This document shows, one piece after another, positions 36,664-46,662 of a stretch of DNA of 64,000 nt. The stretch comes from Akkermansia sp. Its GTDB lineage: Bacteria > Verrucomicrobiota > Verrucomicrobiia > Verrucomicrobiales > Akkermansiaceae. The translations under genes and the position numbers were made by a program. How positions within the stretch are numbered: position 1 is the first letter of the stretch; each line of letters opens with the position of its first letter. The stretch is from contig JAFQGF010000010.1 in NCBI GenBank assembly GCA_017415555.1, positions 1,272-65,271 of the forward strand, in the 5' to 3' direction. The notes below the pieces were generated by a model. It worked only from the letters and a program-made list of their open reading frames with translations. It was not told where the DNA came from and searched no databases.

Positions 36664-37644
36664 ATGGAAATTCTTCACGACAAGGACGCCGATGTGAGCG
36701 TTCTTAATGGCAAGACAGTGGCCGTTATCGGTTACGGCGCTCAAGGCCGCGCTCAGGCACTCTGCATGCGCGACAGCGGTGTGCACGTTATCATCGGCAT
36801 TCGCCCCGGCAAGAGCTGGGATGCCGCTGTGCAGGACGGCTTCGAGGTCATGACGGTGGACGAAGCTTCTCAGAAGGCAGACATCATCCACATCCTGCTG
36901 CCCGATGAGATGCACGGCTCCGTATACGCCAACCAGATTAAGCCGGGTCTGTGCGCCGGCAAGACTCTGTGCTGCTCTCACGGCTTTGCCTACGTGTTCA
37001 AGACCATCGAGCCCCCGGCAGATGTTGATGTCATCATGGTAGCTCCCAAGGGGCCGGGCACGGAGGTGCGCCGCGTGTTCGAGGAGGGCTTCGGCTGCCC
37101 CGGCCTCATTGCCGTGTTCCAGAATCCCAGTGGCAACGCCAAGAACGTGGCTCTGGCCATGGCCAAGGCAGAGGGTCTTACCCGCGGCGGCGTGCTGGAG
37201 TGCACCATGCAGCAGGAGACTTATGAAGACCTCTTTGGTGAGCAGAACGTGCTTTGCGGTGGTCTGGTAGACCTCATGAAGTATGGCTTCGAGACCCTTA
37301 TCGAGGCCGGCTACCCCGCCGAAATGGCATACTTCGAGTGCGTGCACGAGGCTAAGCTCATCGTGGACATCATCTACAACAAGGGTATCCAGGCCATGAA
37401 CGGCGTTATCTCCAACACCGCTGAGTTCGGCGAGTACTACAACGGCCCGCAGATTCTCGGCCCGGAGGTGAAGGAGAAGATGAAGGAGAGCCTCAAGCGC
37501 ATCGAGAGTGGCGAGTTCGCCCGCGTATGGCTGGCTGAGGCCGCTGCCGGCGCCCCCAACCTGCTGGCCAAGCGTGCCGCTCTGGCTGAGCACCCGGTTG
37601 AGGTGGTGGGCAGCAAGATTCGCGCCCTCTTCGAGCGCAACTAA
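36664..37644 (+). CDS. ilvC: Ketol-acid reductoisomerase
   Basis: IGYGAQG, LLPDE, SHGF, MVAPKGPG, DLFGEQ, AYFEC.HE and SNTAEFG; ATG 36664. Confidence 0.97.
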   Translation: MEILHDKDADVSVLNGKTVAVIGYGAQGRAQALCMRDSGVHVIIGIRPGKSWDAAVQDGFEVMTVDEASQKADIIHILLPDEMHGSVYANQIKPGLCAGKTLCCSHGFAYVFKTIEPPADVDVIMVAPKGPGTEVRRVFEEGFGCPGLIAVFQNPSGNAKNVALAMAKAEGLTRGGVLECTMQQETYEDLFGEQNVLCGGLVDLMKYGFETLIEAGYPAEMAYFECVHEAKLIVDIIYNKGIQAMNGVISNTAEFGEYYNGPQILGPEVKEKMKESLKRIESGEFARVWLAEAAAGAPNLLAKRAALAEHPVEVVGSKIRALFERN

Positions 37645-37668
37645 TTCCCCTGCTCCAAGCAACTTTGC

Positions 37669-37705
37669 AAGCCCGGCTCACCTCGAGCCGGGCTTTTTTG
37701 TTTTT
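37669..37705 (+). terminator. Intrinsic terminator after ilvC
   Basis: AAGCCCGGCTC/GAGCCGGGCTT followed by a T-tract. Confidence 0.85.
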
Positions 37706-37742
37706 ACAAGACGAGCCACTCTGAAAAATCCCATTTATCGCC

Positions 37743-38076
37743 AAATTGCAATTGGGCGGGCGAGCGAAGCGAGCGGAATTTGCGAGCCTCGCCGTATGGC
37801 GAGGCGGCATAAAGTAGCCACGGTGTGGAGTGAGCAACGCGAACGAAACCCGTGGGAATAGCGAAAAAAACAAATCGAACCCCACCGGATGGTGGGGTGG
37901 CATAAAGCGATGCTAAACATTGAAGCATGGGCATTATGCCACCCCTCCTTGCGTCGGGGTTCCCATATTTATACGTCTCTACCCCAGGGCTGAAGCCCTG
38001 GGCTACCATATGCCGCCTCGCCATACGGCGAGGCTCTTAAATTCCGCTCGCCTGTCGGCTCGCCCAATTTCAATTT
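37743..38076. mobile_element. Non-autonomous REPIN/MITE-like nested palindrome (334 bp)
   Basis: ~75-bp imperfect terminal inverted repeats, inner inverted pair ~37877-37906/37934-37962, and GTAG-preceded hairpins in opposite orientation (37814 +, 38006 -). Confidence 0.75.
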
Positions 38077-38104
38077 ACCGTATTAACAAGTGCTCAACTT
38101 GGAA

Positions 38105-38353
38105 TTAATCGCCCGTTTGCGTTTTCTTTGTCTGCCTTCTCCATTCCGATTCCGGAATTTCCTGCTGGCTTTCCATGGTACCATCTTCATCAACCGTAAC
38201 CTTCAAACAAGCATAACTGCCATCGGGTAAAGGATAGGCGGAATAAAACACCCCGGGCTCCATCGTCACATAGCTCTCACAGAAGTCCGCCTGCATACAC
38301 CCCGGCAACACTATCAATAAGTAACACTGAAGCCAAAATCCCCAATCATTCAT
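38105..38353 (-). CDS. Small hypothetical protein, possibly a lipoprotein or remnant
   Basis: LLIVLPGC lipobox-like sequence; 82 aa; lower GC. Confidence 0.35.
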   Translation of the reverse strand: MNDWGFWLQCYLLIVLPGCMQADFCESYVTMEPGVFYSAYPLPDGSYACLKVTVDEDGTMESQQEIPESEWRRQTKKTQTGD

Positions 38354-38373
38354 AGGATAGATACTGTAAAACT

Positions 38374-38410
38374 CCCCCCCCGCCTGCATTAACTTGCAAG
38401 CGGGGGGGGG
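38374..38410 (-). terminator. GC-rich hairpin after tpiA
   Basis: C-run CGCCTGCA / TGCAAGCG G-run, with AAAA adjacent on the + strand. Confidence 0.6.
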
Positions 38411-38439
38411 AGCGAAAATATGCGTAAATCAGTTACAAT

Positions 38440-39201
38440 TTACACGGAAGCCTTGATGATGGCGGCGAAGGAGTCAGCCTTCAGAGCGGCACCACCCACG
38501 AGGGCGCCGTCGATGTCGGGCTGGCTCATGAGCTCGGCAGCGTTGCCGGGCTTCACGGAGCCACCGTACTGCAGGCGCACAGCATCAGCCGCCTCGGCAC
38601 CGAAGGTGTCGGCGATGACGCCACGGATGAAAGCGTGAGCAGCCTGAGCATCCTCAGCGCTGGCGGTCACACCGGTACCAATGGCCCACACGGGCTCATA
38701 GGCAATCACCAGACCGGCAACCTCTGCGGGGGTAAGGCCCTCAAGACCCTCCACCACCTGGGACTTCAGCACAGTCTCCAGCTCACCACCCTGGCGCTGC
38801 TCGAGAGTCTCGCCAATGCAGTAGATGGGGCAGATACCGGCGGCAAGAGCCTTCTTAATCTTCTTGTTGATGTAAGCGTTGGTCTCGCCGTGGTACTGGC
38901 GGCGCTCACTGTGGCCAAGCACCACATAGGTGCAGCCCAGCTCGTTGAGCATAGCGGTGGAAATCTCACCGGTGAAAGCGCCGTTGTCGCGGTCGCTCAC
39001 GTCCTGAGCGCCCACGCCGATGCACTTGCACTCACCGAGGGTCTCCATCACGGCAGGAATCGTCACGAAAGGAGGAACGATTACCTTGTCCACAGCGATT
39101 TCGCAGGTCTTCTCATCCTTGAACGCGGCGAGGAAAGCCTTGGCTTCCTTCGGGCCCATGTTCATCTTCCAGTTAGCGGCAATAATGGGTTTGCGAGACA
39201 T
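38440..39201 (-). CDS. tpiA: Triosephosphate isomerase
   Basis: ANWKMN, LGHSERR, AYEPVWAIGTG, YGGSVK and DGALVGGA. Confidence 0.98.
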   Translation of the reverse strand: MSRKPIIAANWKMNMGPKEAKAFLAAFKDEKTCEIAVDKVIVPPFVTIPAVMETLGECKCIGVGAQDVSDRDNGAFTGEISTAMLNELGCTYVVLGHSERRQYHGETNAYINKKIKKALAAGICPIYCIGETLEQRQGGELETVLKSQVVEGLEGLTPAEVAGLVIAYEPVWAIGTGVTASAEDAQAAHAFIRGVIADTFGAEAADAVRLQYGGSVKPGNAAELMSQPDIDGALVGGAALKADSFAAIIKASV

Positions 39202-39435
39202 AATAATAAAGTGTGTCTGTTCTGACGTGGGGAAGCGTACCCCGAAAGGGATGAAAAGTCAAGTAAAAACGCAGAATATGTGATTTTGTGCCAATATGCT
39301 TTATAACTCGGCCCAATGGCGTATGGGATATTGCCTCGAGTTCGGATACAGCACCCCACCCCCCCGCAGAAGGCCAGGCCGCGCTGAAACGCAGCCCCCG
39401 GAAACCGGGTTAAGAGAGGACTCGGAGTGCTGTTC

Positions 39436-40287
39436 TCAGGGCAATACTCCACGCAGTGCCGGCAGGCGATGCAGAAAGGGAAGCAGTGCGTCCTGCATGG
39501 TCGGAGTGATGCGGCAAGTCAATGGCCTTACCTCATACTCAGCCCGGCACACCCTCGCATACACGGCGGCCAGAGCATTTATGCGCAGTTCATCGCCCTC
39601 GCTCTGCAGCAGATAATCCGTATAAACCGCAAGTTCACGCATTGCGAGCACATCTTCCTGCTCCAGAGCGGCTTTGAACTCGCAGAAAAAGGAGTAGACC
39701 GTCTTGTAATCTCTGGCCATCCGTTGCTGCAGCAATCGGGCGGGCTGCAACAACACTTGCTGCCCACCCAGGGTACTGAGGAATCTCCGCAACTCCACCT
39801 TCACAGCCTCCTCTCCCGGTGCCGACAACCGGTGCTCCACTACCTGCGCTGCCTTCTGCAATCGCTCCAGACACGTAAGCGGTTCCGCCGCTGCCCGGGG
39901 AAGAGCCACACAGCTGTCGCCCTCTGCCATATCCAACAGCCAGGTACTTTGCCAATCAATACCATCCGCCAACAGGCACAGCCCACTCAGCTCAGACGCC
40001 GAAAGGCGTTGCAGCTCTCGGCAGCGAGGCAGTAGCCACTTGTCCACCATCATGCGAATACTGGCATCCGGCGCAACATACATCCCCGAATCCTCTACGA
40101 CCGCTTGCAGCATCTCCACAAGCGCCACAGTCTCCCTCAGCAAGGCCAGCTGCCCGGCCATGTCAGGGGGAAGAACAACTGACTCTGCCGGCAAAGACTC
40201 AGCAAAAGAGCAACTTTCCCCGGCGGAAACAGCCTCCGCAAGAGCTAACGCCAACAAAACCCCCGCTATCATTTTCCGGATTTTCAT
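39436..40287 (-). CDS. Hypothetical exported helical protein
   Basis: Signal peptide MKIRK...AVSA; Leu/Ala-rich. Confidence 0.6.
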   Translation of the reverse strand: MKIRKMIAGVLLALALAEAVSAGESCSFAESLPAESVVLPPDMAGQLALLRETVALVEMLQAVVEDSGMYVAPDASIRMMVDKWLLPRCRELQRLSASELSGLCLLADGIDWQSTWLLDMAEGDSCVALPRAAAEPLTCLERLQKAAQVVEHRLSAPGEEAVKVELRRFLSTLGGQQVLLQPARLLQQRMARDYKTVYSFFCEFKAALEQEDVLAMRELAVYTDYLLQSEGDELRINALAAVYARVCRAEYEVRPLTCRITPTMQDALLPFLHRLPALRGVLP

Positions 40288-40352
40288 ATCACCAGCCTGC
40301 TATGCATGAACAAGCAAAAAGAGCCAGAGAAGAAACCTCTCTGACTCTTCAG

Positions 40353-40424
40353 CTCCGGCGGTTGGGATCGAACCAACGACCTAGTGATTAACAGTCACCC
40401 GCTCTCCCGCTGAGCTACGCCGGA
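40353..40424 (-). tRNA. tRNA-Asn(GTT); CCA not encoded
   Basis: Reverse complement TCCGGCG-TAGCTCAGCGGGAGAGC-G-GGTGA-CTGTTAA-TCACT...GTTGG-TTCGATC-CCAAC-CGCCGGA-G; terminator hairpin follows (~40315-40348). Confidence 0.95.
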
Positions 40425-40561
40425 TTTGCGATTCCCGATGTTTTCGGGGTGCGGGCAGATAATACTCCTTTTCGCGGAGCATTGCAAGCTTTTTTTCAAA
40501 AAAAATGACTTTTTTTTGCTTTTCGGTTGAAAATTGCTCAAAATTAGGGTAAATAAGGGAT

Positions 40562-41317
40562 ATGAACGAACACGAAGTGAGCCGAGGCACCCTGAGATTT
40601 ACGTTATGGGGCATCCCCATCAGCATTCAGCCAAGCTGCTGGATTGTGCTGGCACTGCTAGGCGGAGCCTTCCGCGTCAGCGATGGGAGCGATTTGAAAC
40701 AGGTCCTGATTTTTGTAGCGGCCGGTGTTCTCTGCCTTCTTGCCCACGAGCTGGGGCACGCGCTGACAGCCCGTCGATACACAGGTGGCACACCAACAAT
40801 CACGCTCGCGCTGATGGGCGGAGTGACAAGACCCACCGGCCTGCCGCGCACGCGCGCGCAGTATTTCACGTATGTTCTGGCGGGGCCTTTGGCCGGTCTT
40901 CTTCCCGGACTGTTGGTCGCCCTGCTGCTGGGCTTGCAGGTGGGTAACCTCGGTGCCGGCATCAGCTTCTTTCTGCTCAGCCCTTTCGGGCTGGATGAAG
41001 CCATACCGCACGAGCAGATGGTGAGCCTGGTGCAGGCCATCCGGGATGGCGACCTCTCACTCACTATGCTGCAACTCTACAGTACCATCATCCTCATCAG
41101 CGTCTGGTGGAGCATTTTCAACCTGCTGCCCATCTACCCCATGGATGGTGGAAAACTGATTGCCACTGTCACCGATAACATGAAGCTCACCACCCTGGTG
41201 GGCATGGCACTGGCCGGCATATTGGCCTTGCTGAGCCTGACGGGCGGCATGTGGTTCACCATGGTACTGATGGGTTACTTTGCCTACATCAACTGGCAGT
41301 TGTACAAAAATTTGTAA
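40562..41317 (+). CDS. Site-2 protease (M50) family membrane metalloprotease
   Basis: HELGH, LAGP and FNLLPIYPMDGG. Confidence 0.92.
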   Translation: MNEHEVSRGTLRFTLWGIPISIQPSCWIVLALLGGAFRVSDGSDLKQVLIFVAAGVLCLLAHELGHALTARRYTGGTPTITLALMGGVTRPTGLPRTRAQYFTYVLAGPLAGLLPGLLVALLLGLQVGNLGAGISFFLLSPFGLDEAIPHEQMVSLVQAIRDGDLSLTMLQLYSTIILISVWWSIFNLLPIYPMDGGKLIATVTDNMKLTTLVGMALAGILALLSLTGGMWFTMVLMGYFAYINWQLYKNL

Positions 41318-41400
41318 GCCGGGCTCGCACAAATCCCCTGTTGTCACGTTTGCAGCTTGCCTGAGCAGCTTTCATCGTTTATTATAGAAGCCATACAGAT

Positions 41401-42483
41401 ATGTCCAGTTCATTCGGTTCCGTTTTCAGAGTCAGCACCTGGGGTGAGTCCCACGGTGTGGGAGTGGGGGTGGTGATAGACGGCTGCCCGGCAGGCGTAC
41501 CTCTCACAGCAGAGCAGATTCAGGCTCAGCTGAATCGTCGCCGACCGGGACAGAGCGACATCGTAACCCCTCGCAACGAGGAAGACTGCGTGGAAATCCT
41601 CAGCGGCGTGCTGGATGGCATCACCCTCGGCACTCCCATCGCCCTCTCTGTGCGCAACAAGGATCACCAGTCCTCCGCCTACAATGAAATGCAACACACC
41701 TACCGCCCCTCGCATGCAGACTACTGCTACGATGCCAAATATGGCATCCGCGCCTGGGCAGGCGGTGGCCGAGCCAGTGCACGCGAAACTATAGGCCGCG
41801 TGGCAGCAGGTGCCGTAGCCAAAGCCATGGCTCAGGCTCTCTACCCACAGCTGCAGGTCATTGGCTGGGTGCAGCAGGTACACACCGTTTTCTGCCACGT
41901 TCTGCCGGCCGACGTAGATGCAGCAGTCGTGGAAAGCAACATTGTACGCGCAGCCGATTCCGAGAGCGCCGAGGATATGAGCATCGTCATCCGCGAGGCT
42001 CGGGCCAAGGGCGATTCCGTGGGCGGTGTGGTGGCCTGCACCATACGCAACTGCCCGACAGGACTGGGCGACCCGGTTTTCGACAAACTGGAAGCCACGC
42101 TGGCACACGCCATGCTGAGCATACCCGCCTGCAAGGGCTTCGAGATTGGCAGCGGCTTTGGCGCCCCTGCCCTGAAAGGCTCCGAGCATAATGACCCCTA
42201 CTACATGGAGGGCGACCGCGTGCGCACACGCACCAACAACTCCGGCGGCGTGCAGGGCGGCATCTCCAACGGAGAGGATATCAATATGCGCCTGGCTTTC
42301 AAGCCCACCGCCACCCTCATGATTCCGCAGAACACCATTAACGACGAGCATGCAGAAGTGCAACTGCGTGGCAAAGGTCGCCATGACCCCTGTGTGCTGC
42401 CCCGCGCCGTGCCTGTGGTGGAAGCCATGGCCTGGCTGGTAATTGCTGACCACATTCTGCGCCAACGTTCTGCCAGACTGTAA
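41401..42483 (+). CDS. aroC: Chorismate synthase
   Basis: [37 protein letters not shown] and GRHDPC. Confidence 0.98.
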   Translation: MSSSFGSVFRVSTWGESHGVGVGVVIDGCPAGVPLTAEQIQAQLNRRRPGQSDIVTPRNEEDCVEILSGVLDGITLGTPIALSVRNKDHQSSAYNEMQHTYRPSHADYCYDAKYGIRAWAGGGRASARETIGRVAAGAVAKAMAQALYPQLQVIGWVQQVHTVFCHVLPADVDAAVVESNIVRAADSESAEDMSIVIREARAKGDSVGGVVACTIRNCPTGLGDPVFDKLEATLAHAMLSIPACKGFEIGSGFGAPALKGSEHNDPYYMEGDRVRTRTNNSGGVQGGISNGEDINMRLAFKPTATLMIPQNTINDEHAEVQLRGKGRHDPCVLPRAVPVVEAMAWLVIADHILRQRSARL

Positions 42484-42486
42484 ACT

Positions 42487-43176
42487 ATGGAAATCAACAA
42501 AAGCACCCCACAGGCAGATTTGCAGAAGCTCTACGCTGCCGTCGTAAAGCGGGAATTTCTGAGGGGCACTCCGCTCAACATCAAAGTCTTTCTGCGTTAT
42601 ACCATCCTCTTCCTGCTTTTCCCGGGAATGGTATTCGGCTTCTATGCGGGGCTGGCCATCACCGGCGCATTCTGCGGTATTCTGCTCACCCTGGTACTAA
42701 CTGACAACATGCAGTGGGGAATGACCGCCACCCTCTCCTGGCTGGCACTTGGCCTTATCCCCATCACTTTTGTCACCATCGACACCTGGCGCCGTGCAGC
42801 GCGCACACGTGCCCTGCGCATGATGAACCGCCAGCCCCGGCCGGGTCTCAACAGCCCCCAGACCTCATCCCCGGCCCGTTTACCGCTTAAGTGGCGCCCC
42901 AAGAAAAGCAATGGCAGTACCATCCGCATTGCCGATACCACCGTGCAGGCAGAGACAGATGGCATATACGCCTTCCTGCTCTGCATCAGCAACTACTCCG
43001 GCGCGCGGCTTGTAACAGATGGCCCGGCCGGAATGTGCCTGCTGCAGAGTAGCGGCAAAAAAGGTGAAGAACTACAGGCTCTCATGCTCTACAGACTGAA
43101 GGCCGGCACCCATGAACTCTGCTGGAGCCTGCATGCAGACGAAGCCCCGCAGACCACACTGAGCCGCTTGAACTGA
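42487..43176 (+). CDS. Hypothetical membrane protein
   Basis: 3 bp after aroC; 2-3 N-terminal TM segments. Confidence 0.65.
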   Translation: MEINKSTPQADLQKLYAAVVKREFLRGTPLNIKVFLRYTILFLLFPGMVFGFYAGLAITGAFCGILLTLVLTDNMQWGMTATLSWLALGLIPITFVTIDTWRRAARTRALRMMNRQPRPGLNSPQTSSPARLPLKWRPKKSNGSTIRIADTTVQAETDGIYAFLLCISNYSGARLVTDGPAGMCLLQSSGKKGEELQALMLYRLKAGTHELCWSLHADEAPQTTLSRLN

Positions 43177-43403
43177 ATCAGTAAAAACAGGCAATAACGG
43201 GGACTTCGACCGTTTGTGTTCCCGCATTCGGCGTCATCAAATATACATCCGGCGCGAGTATCACTTCATCAGCCGACACATCTTCGCTGGTTAAAAATAA
43301 AGACAATCAAGTAAGTGTAGATTTTCATACACAACAAATTGCGGCCAAATGATGCACCATTCGACCGCAATTTCTATTGAGAGGCGTATAAGGAAAATCT
43401 GCT

Positions 43404-43736
43404 TTAGTAGCGGATTGTGTAATCGCCGGGCTCACGGGGAGTCTCAGGCTCACGATCACAGGGAGGCAGCATGGTGTTGAGCGCACGGCGCTGAATGGTC
43501 TTCTTCATACCGGCGTTATTGAACTCGGTGAGCTCTGCTGCCTTCTTGGCATCCTTTTCGCGCTGCTTTTCGGCCTTGGCCTTGGCCTTATTGTGCTGAG
43601 CCAGACTGGCCTTCTGGCGGTCAGAGGCAATACTCTTCAGAGCGCTCTCAGAAAGATCGGAAGGCTCAACTACGGGAGCAGCCTGAGCTACCATGGCAGC
43701 AGCTGCAAGAACGGAGAGGAAGGAAAGCGTTTTCAT
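43404..43736 (-). CDS. Small secreted hypothetical protein
   Basis: Signal peptide ending AQA; host-like codon bias; terminator-like hairpin at ~43336-43373. Confidence 0.7.
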   Translation of the reverse strand: MKTLSFLSVLAAAAMVAQAAPVVEPSDLSESALKSIASDRQKASLAQHNKAKAKAEKQREKDAKKAAELTEFNNAGMKKTIQRRALNTMLPPCDREPETPREPGDYTIRY

Positions 43737-43872
43737 AAATCTAAGACACTCTCAGTATACGGAATCATGACGACATGTCAAGCTCATTCTGCACATTTTC
43801 GGATTCCATAAGAAAAAACTTGCTTTTTGACACACTTCGGGGTAGTATCTGCCACGCGTACGTCAGCCAAAC

Positions 43873-45303
43873 ATGAGTGAGCCAAACAAAGAGATTCCGG
43901 ATTTCAAGAAAAGCCAGCTGAAAGAGGTGGATCGCACCATAATGCCCCAGGCTACCGGTGTGGAGAAGAGTCTGCTCTCGATGATGACAATTGACCCCAC
44001 TAACATTATCTCTCAATGCATTGCTGACGGCATGAACAGCGAGTACTTCTACGTGCCCGCACACCGCCTGCTCTGGGAAATTTTCCGCGACCGCTACGAA
44101 AAAGGCATTGCGCTCGACACCGTTTCTGTGGCCCAGGAACTCACGGATAAAAAGCAGCTGGAAGCCGTCGGCGGGCACGCCGGCCTGGCAGATATTTTCT
44201 CCTACGCCACCACCACAGCTCTCTATTCCCTGCACTTTGAGACCCTCAAGGAGAAATTTATCCGCCGCAGCATCATCCTGACAGCCAACAAAGCCTCCGA
44301 CTCAGCCTACACCTCCGAGGCCGAAATCGAGGAGCTGCTGGACCAGACGGAACAGGATGTTCTCAAAATCCGCATGAACTCGGCCAAGGGAGAAGAATGG
44401 AGCCTGAAAGCCGATATCGATAAAGCCGTTACCAACCTGGAGCGCATGATGTCTACCTCGGGTGGCATCCTGGGGCTCTCCTCCGGGTTTCCCAAGCTGG
44501 ATACCATGATAAACGGCATGAAACCCGGCGAGCTCTTCATCATTGCCGCTCGTCCGGCCATGGGCAAAACCTCCTTCATGCTCAACATTATGGAGCACGT
44601 TGTGCTCGACCTCAAAAAGCCCATGATGGCCTTCTCCTGCGAAATGCCCAGCGAGCAGCTCGTGGAACGCTTGCTCTATGCGCGTAGCGGTATCAATAAG
44701 CAGGACCTTAAAGCACGCCAGGGCAAGCTCACGCAAGAGGAAATGAAGCGCTTCCGCTCAGCCATCACAGAGATGAAGAACAGTAAGCTCATCATCGATG
44801 ATACGGCGGCCATCTCCATCTCCGAGCTGCGCGCCAAGGCCCGCCGCCAAATGCGTAAATACCCGGATCTCGCCGCCATCGGCATTGATTACCTGCAGCT
44901 CATGCGCTCCCATACCAAGCAGGCACAGAATAGCCGCGAACGAGAAATCGCAGAAATCTCCGGCGGCCTCAAGAGCCTTGCCAAGGAGCTCAAGCTCCCC
45001 ATCATTGCTCTGGCCCAGCTGAACCGTGGCCCGGAAAACCGAACAGGTAAAAATAAGGGCACCCCCCAGATGAGTGACCTGCGAGAATCCGGCGCTATCG
45101 AGCAGGATGCCGACATGATTGGCCTGCTCTGGCGTTCCCGTTACTATGCCGAGGATGATGAAGAGCGCGAAAGCGTGGGCAACGAGGCGAACCTCCTGCT
45201 GGCCAAAAATCGCAATGGTCCCACCGGTGATGTTCCGCTCAGCTTCCACGCCGAAATCATGCGCTTCGTGCCGCGCACTGTTGCCGACAGCGACGAAGAG
45301 TAA
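43873..45303 (+). CDS. dnaB: Replicative DNA helicase (no intein)
   Basis: AARPAMGKT, IDYLQLM, LKSLAKEL, SDLRESGAIEQDAD and KNRNGPTG. Confidence 0.98.
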   Translation: MSEPNKEIPDFKKSQLKEVDRTIMPQATGVEKSLLSMMTIDPTNIISQCIADGMNSEYFYVPAHRLLWEIFRDRYEKGIALDTVSVAQELTDKKQLEAVGGHAGLADIFSYATTTALYSLHFETLKEKFIRRSIILTANKASDSAYTSEAEIEELLDQTEQDVLKIRMNSAKGEEWSLKADIDKAVTNLERMMSTSGGILGLSSGFPKLDTMINGMKPGELFIIAARPAMGKTSFMLNIMEHVVLDLKKPMMAFSCEMPSEQLVERLLYARSGINKQDLKARQGKLTQEEMKRFRSAITEMKNSKLIIDDTAAISISELRAKARRQMRKYPDLAAIGIDYLQLMRSHTKQAQNSREREIAEISGGLKSLAKELKLPIIALAQLNRGPENRTGKNKGTPQMSDLRESGAIEQDADMIGLLWRSRYYAEDDEERESVGNEANLLLAKNRNGPTGDVPLSFHAEIMRFVPRTVADSDEE

Positions 45304-45327
45304 AACGCCCCCCGGCATCAGGGTGCA

Positions 45328-45726
45328 TCAGAAGTCCTCTGTAAGCACACCAGCCTCCAGCAGAGCCTCGTCCCCGCCGTGGTAGTTCACCTCCTCCAGA
45401 GGCACATACGCCACAGTAGCCTCCTGTATACCATCCTGAGGGTATACGACAGTATTACCACCCATGCCGGCGGCCATCCGGCGAATAGCATCCAGGTATT
45501 CTTCATCATCGTAGCGCAGAACGGCATTGTTGAGAATGCGGAAGCTGCCTACCACAATCGTGCCCGGTATCGAGGGCAACACCGGCAAAAACTCAACCTC
45601 ATACGCCGGCACCACCGGTCGTGCCGATGACAATTCCCGCGGAACGGGCTGCCAGTCCCGCGCCCCATGCATGGGAGAACAGGCAAGCAGAAGGCAGGCA
45701 CATATCGGCATTAGCAGCGTTCTCAT
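45328..45726 (-). CDS. Hypothetical lipoprotein
   Basis: MRT...LLLAC lipobox at 45726; the upstream part of the 443-aa track ORF is the antisense shadow of lpxA. Confidence 0.7.
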   Translation of the reverse strand: MRTLLMPICACLLLACSPMHGARDWQPVPRELSSARPVVPAYEVEFLPVLPSIPGTIVVGSFRILNNAVLRYDDEEYLDAIRRMAAGMGGNTVVYPQDGIQEATVAYVPLEEVNYHGGDEALLEAGVLTEDF

Positions 45727-45879
45727 ATAACCTTCACCACGCAAACACAGGCTCCGTGGCTTCACGCAGAAATATACACCTTTTCTCAAAATTGTCAAGT
45801 CCGCAAAATATCCTGCATTTTTACGGAAAAAAGCATTTTTTTGCTTGCAGGGACAGGATAATAGGGTTAGAATACAGAC

Positions 45880-46662
45880 ATGGCGGAAATACATCCTACA
45901 GCAATAATTGATTCGACCGCAGAAATTGCGGATGACGTAAAGATTGGACCTTATTGTATTATCGGGGAGCATGTGAAACTGGGTTCCGGCTGCGTGCTGC
46001 ACAGCCATGTGGTCCTTGGCGGGCCCTCCACTTTCGGCAAAAACAACGAGTTCTTCCCCTTTGCCGTTATCGGCCTTAAGACCCAGGACCTCAAGTACAA
46101 GGGTGAGCCCACCTATCTGGAAGTGGGCGATAACAACGTATTCCGCGAAAACTGCAATATTAACCGCGGCACTACTGCCGAGACAAAGACCGTCATCGGC
46201 AACAATAACCTCTTCCTCATTAACAGCCACTGCGGCCACGAAGTGCACGTCGGTAACAACGTCATCATGTCCGGTTTTGCCGCAGCTGCAGGTCACTGCA
46301 CTATCGGCGACTGGGCAATTATAGGTGGTTGTGCCGGGCTGCACCAGTTCGTACGAATTGGCGAGCACGCCATGGTGGGCGGCGCCTGCCGCGTGGTTCA
46401 GGACGTAGCCCCCTATATGATTGCGGACAGTGGTCAGCTCCGCTCTGTGAACACCATCGGCCTGCAGCGGCGTGGTTTTGACGAGGGGGACATCCGCGCC
46501 ATTAAGTACGCCTACCGCAAGCTCTTCCTGGACAAGAAGTCCAACATGACGCTCAACATTGAGTCTCTGATGAATGAGGGCGAGGAAAAATACGTGCAGA
46601 ACCCGCACGTTCAGCGCATTCTGGAGTTCCTCAAGACATCCGAGCGCGGGTTCCTGCACTGA
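45880..46662 (+). CDS. lpxA: UDP-N-acetylglucosamine O-acyltransferase
   Basis: IHPTAII, hexapeptide repeats, QDLKYKGE, I.RGT, HQFVRIG and N.IGL.RRGF; TTGCAG-17-TAGAAT promoter 6 nt before ATG. Confidence 0.97.
   Translation: MAEIHPTAIIDSTAEIADDVKIGPYCIIGEHVKLGSGCVLHSHVVLGGPSTFGKNNEFFPFAVIGLKTQDLKYKGEPTYLEVGDNNVFRENCNINRGTTAETKTVIGNNNLFLINSHCGHEVHVGNNVIMSGFAAAAGHCTIGDWAIIGGCAGLHQFVRIGEHAMVGGACRVVQDVAPYMIADSGQLRSVNTIGLQRRGFDEGDIRAIKYAYRKLFLDKKSNMTLNIESLMNEGEEKYVQNPHVQRILEFLKTSERGFLH

Noticed and set aside
37743-38076. CRISPR array or integron attC interpretation of the palindromic region
   Set aside because: Repeats are inverted and nested rather than regularly spaced direct repeats; no cas or intI gene is in the window
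39436-40353. Genomic island integrated at tRNA-Asn (or at tRNA-Val)
   Set aside because: No integrase and no duplicated tRNA 3' end seen; terminators directly follow both tRNAs
43873-45303. Intein in DnaB
   Set aside because: Normal length (476 aa) with contiguous helicase motifs
45727-46659. N-terminal part of the 443-aa minus-strand ORF
   Set aside because: Antisense to lpxA; a lipoprotein signal at 45726 marks the real start
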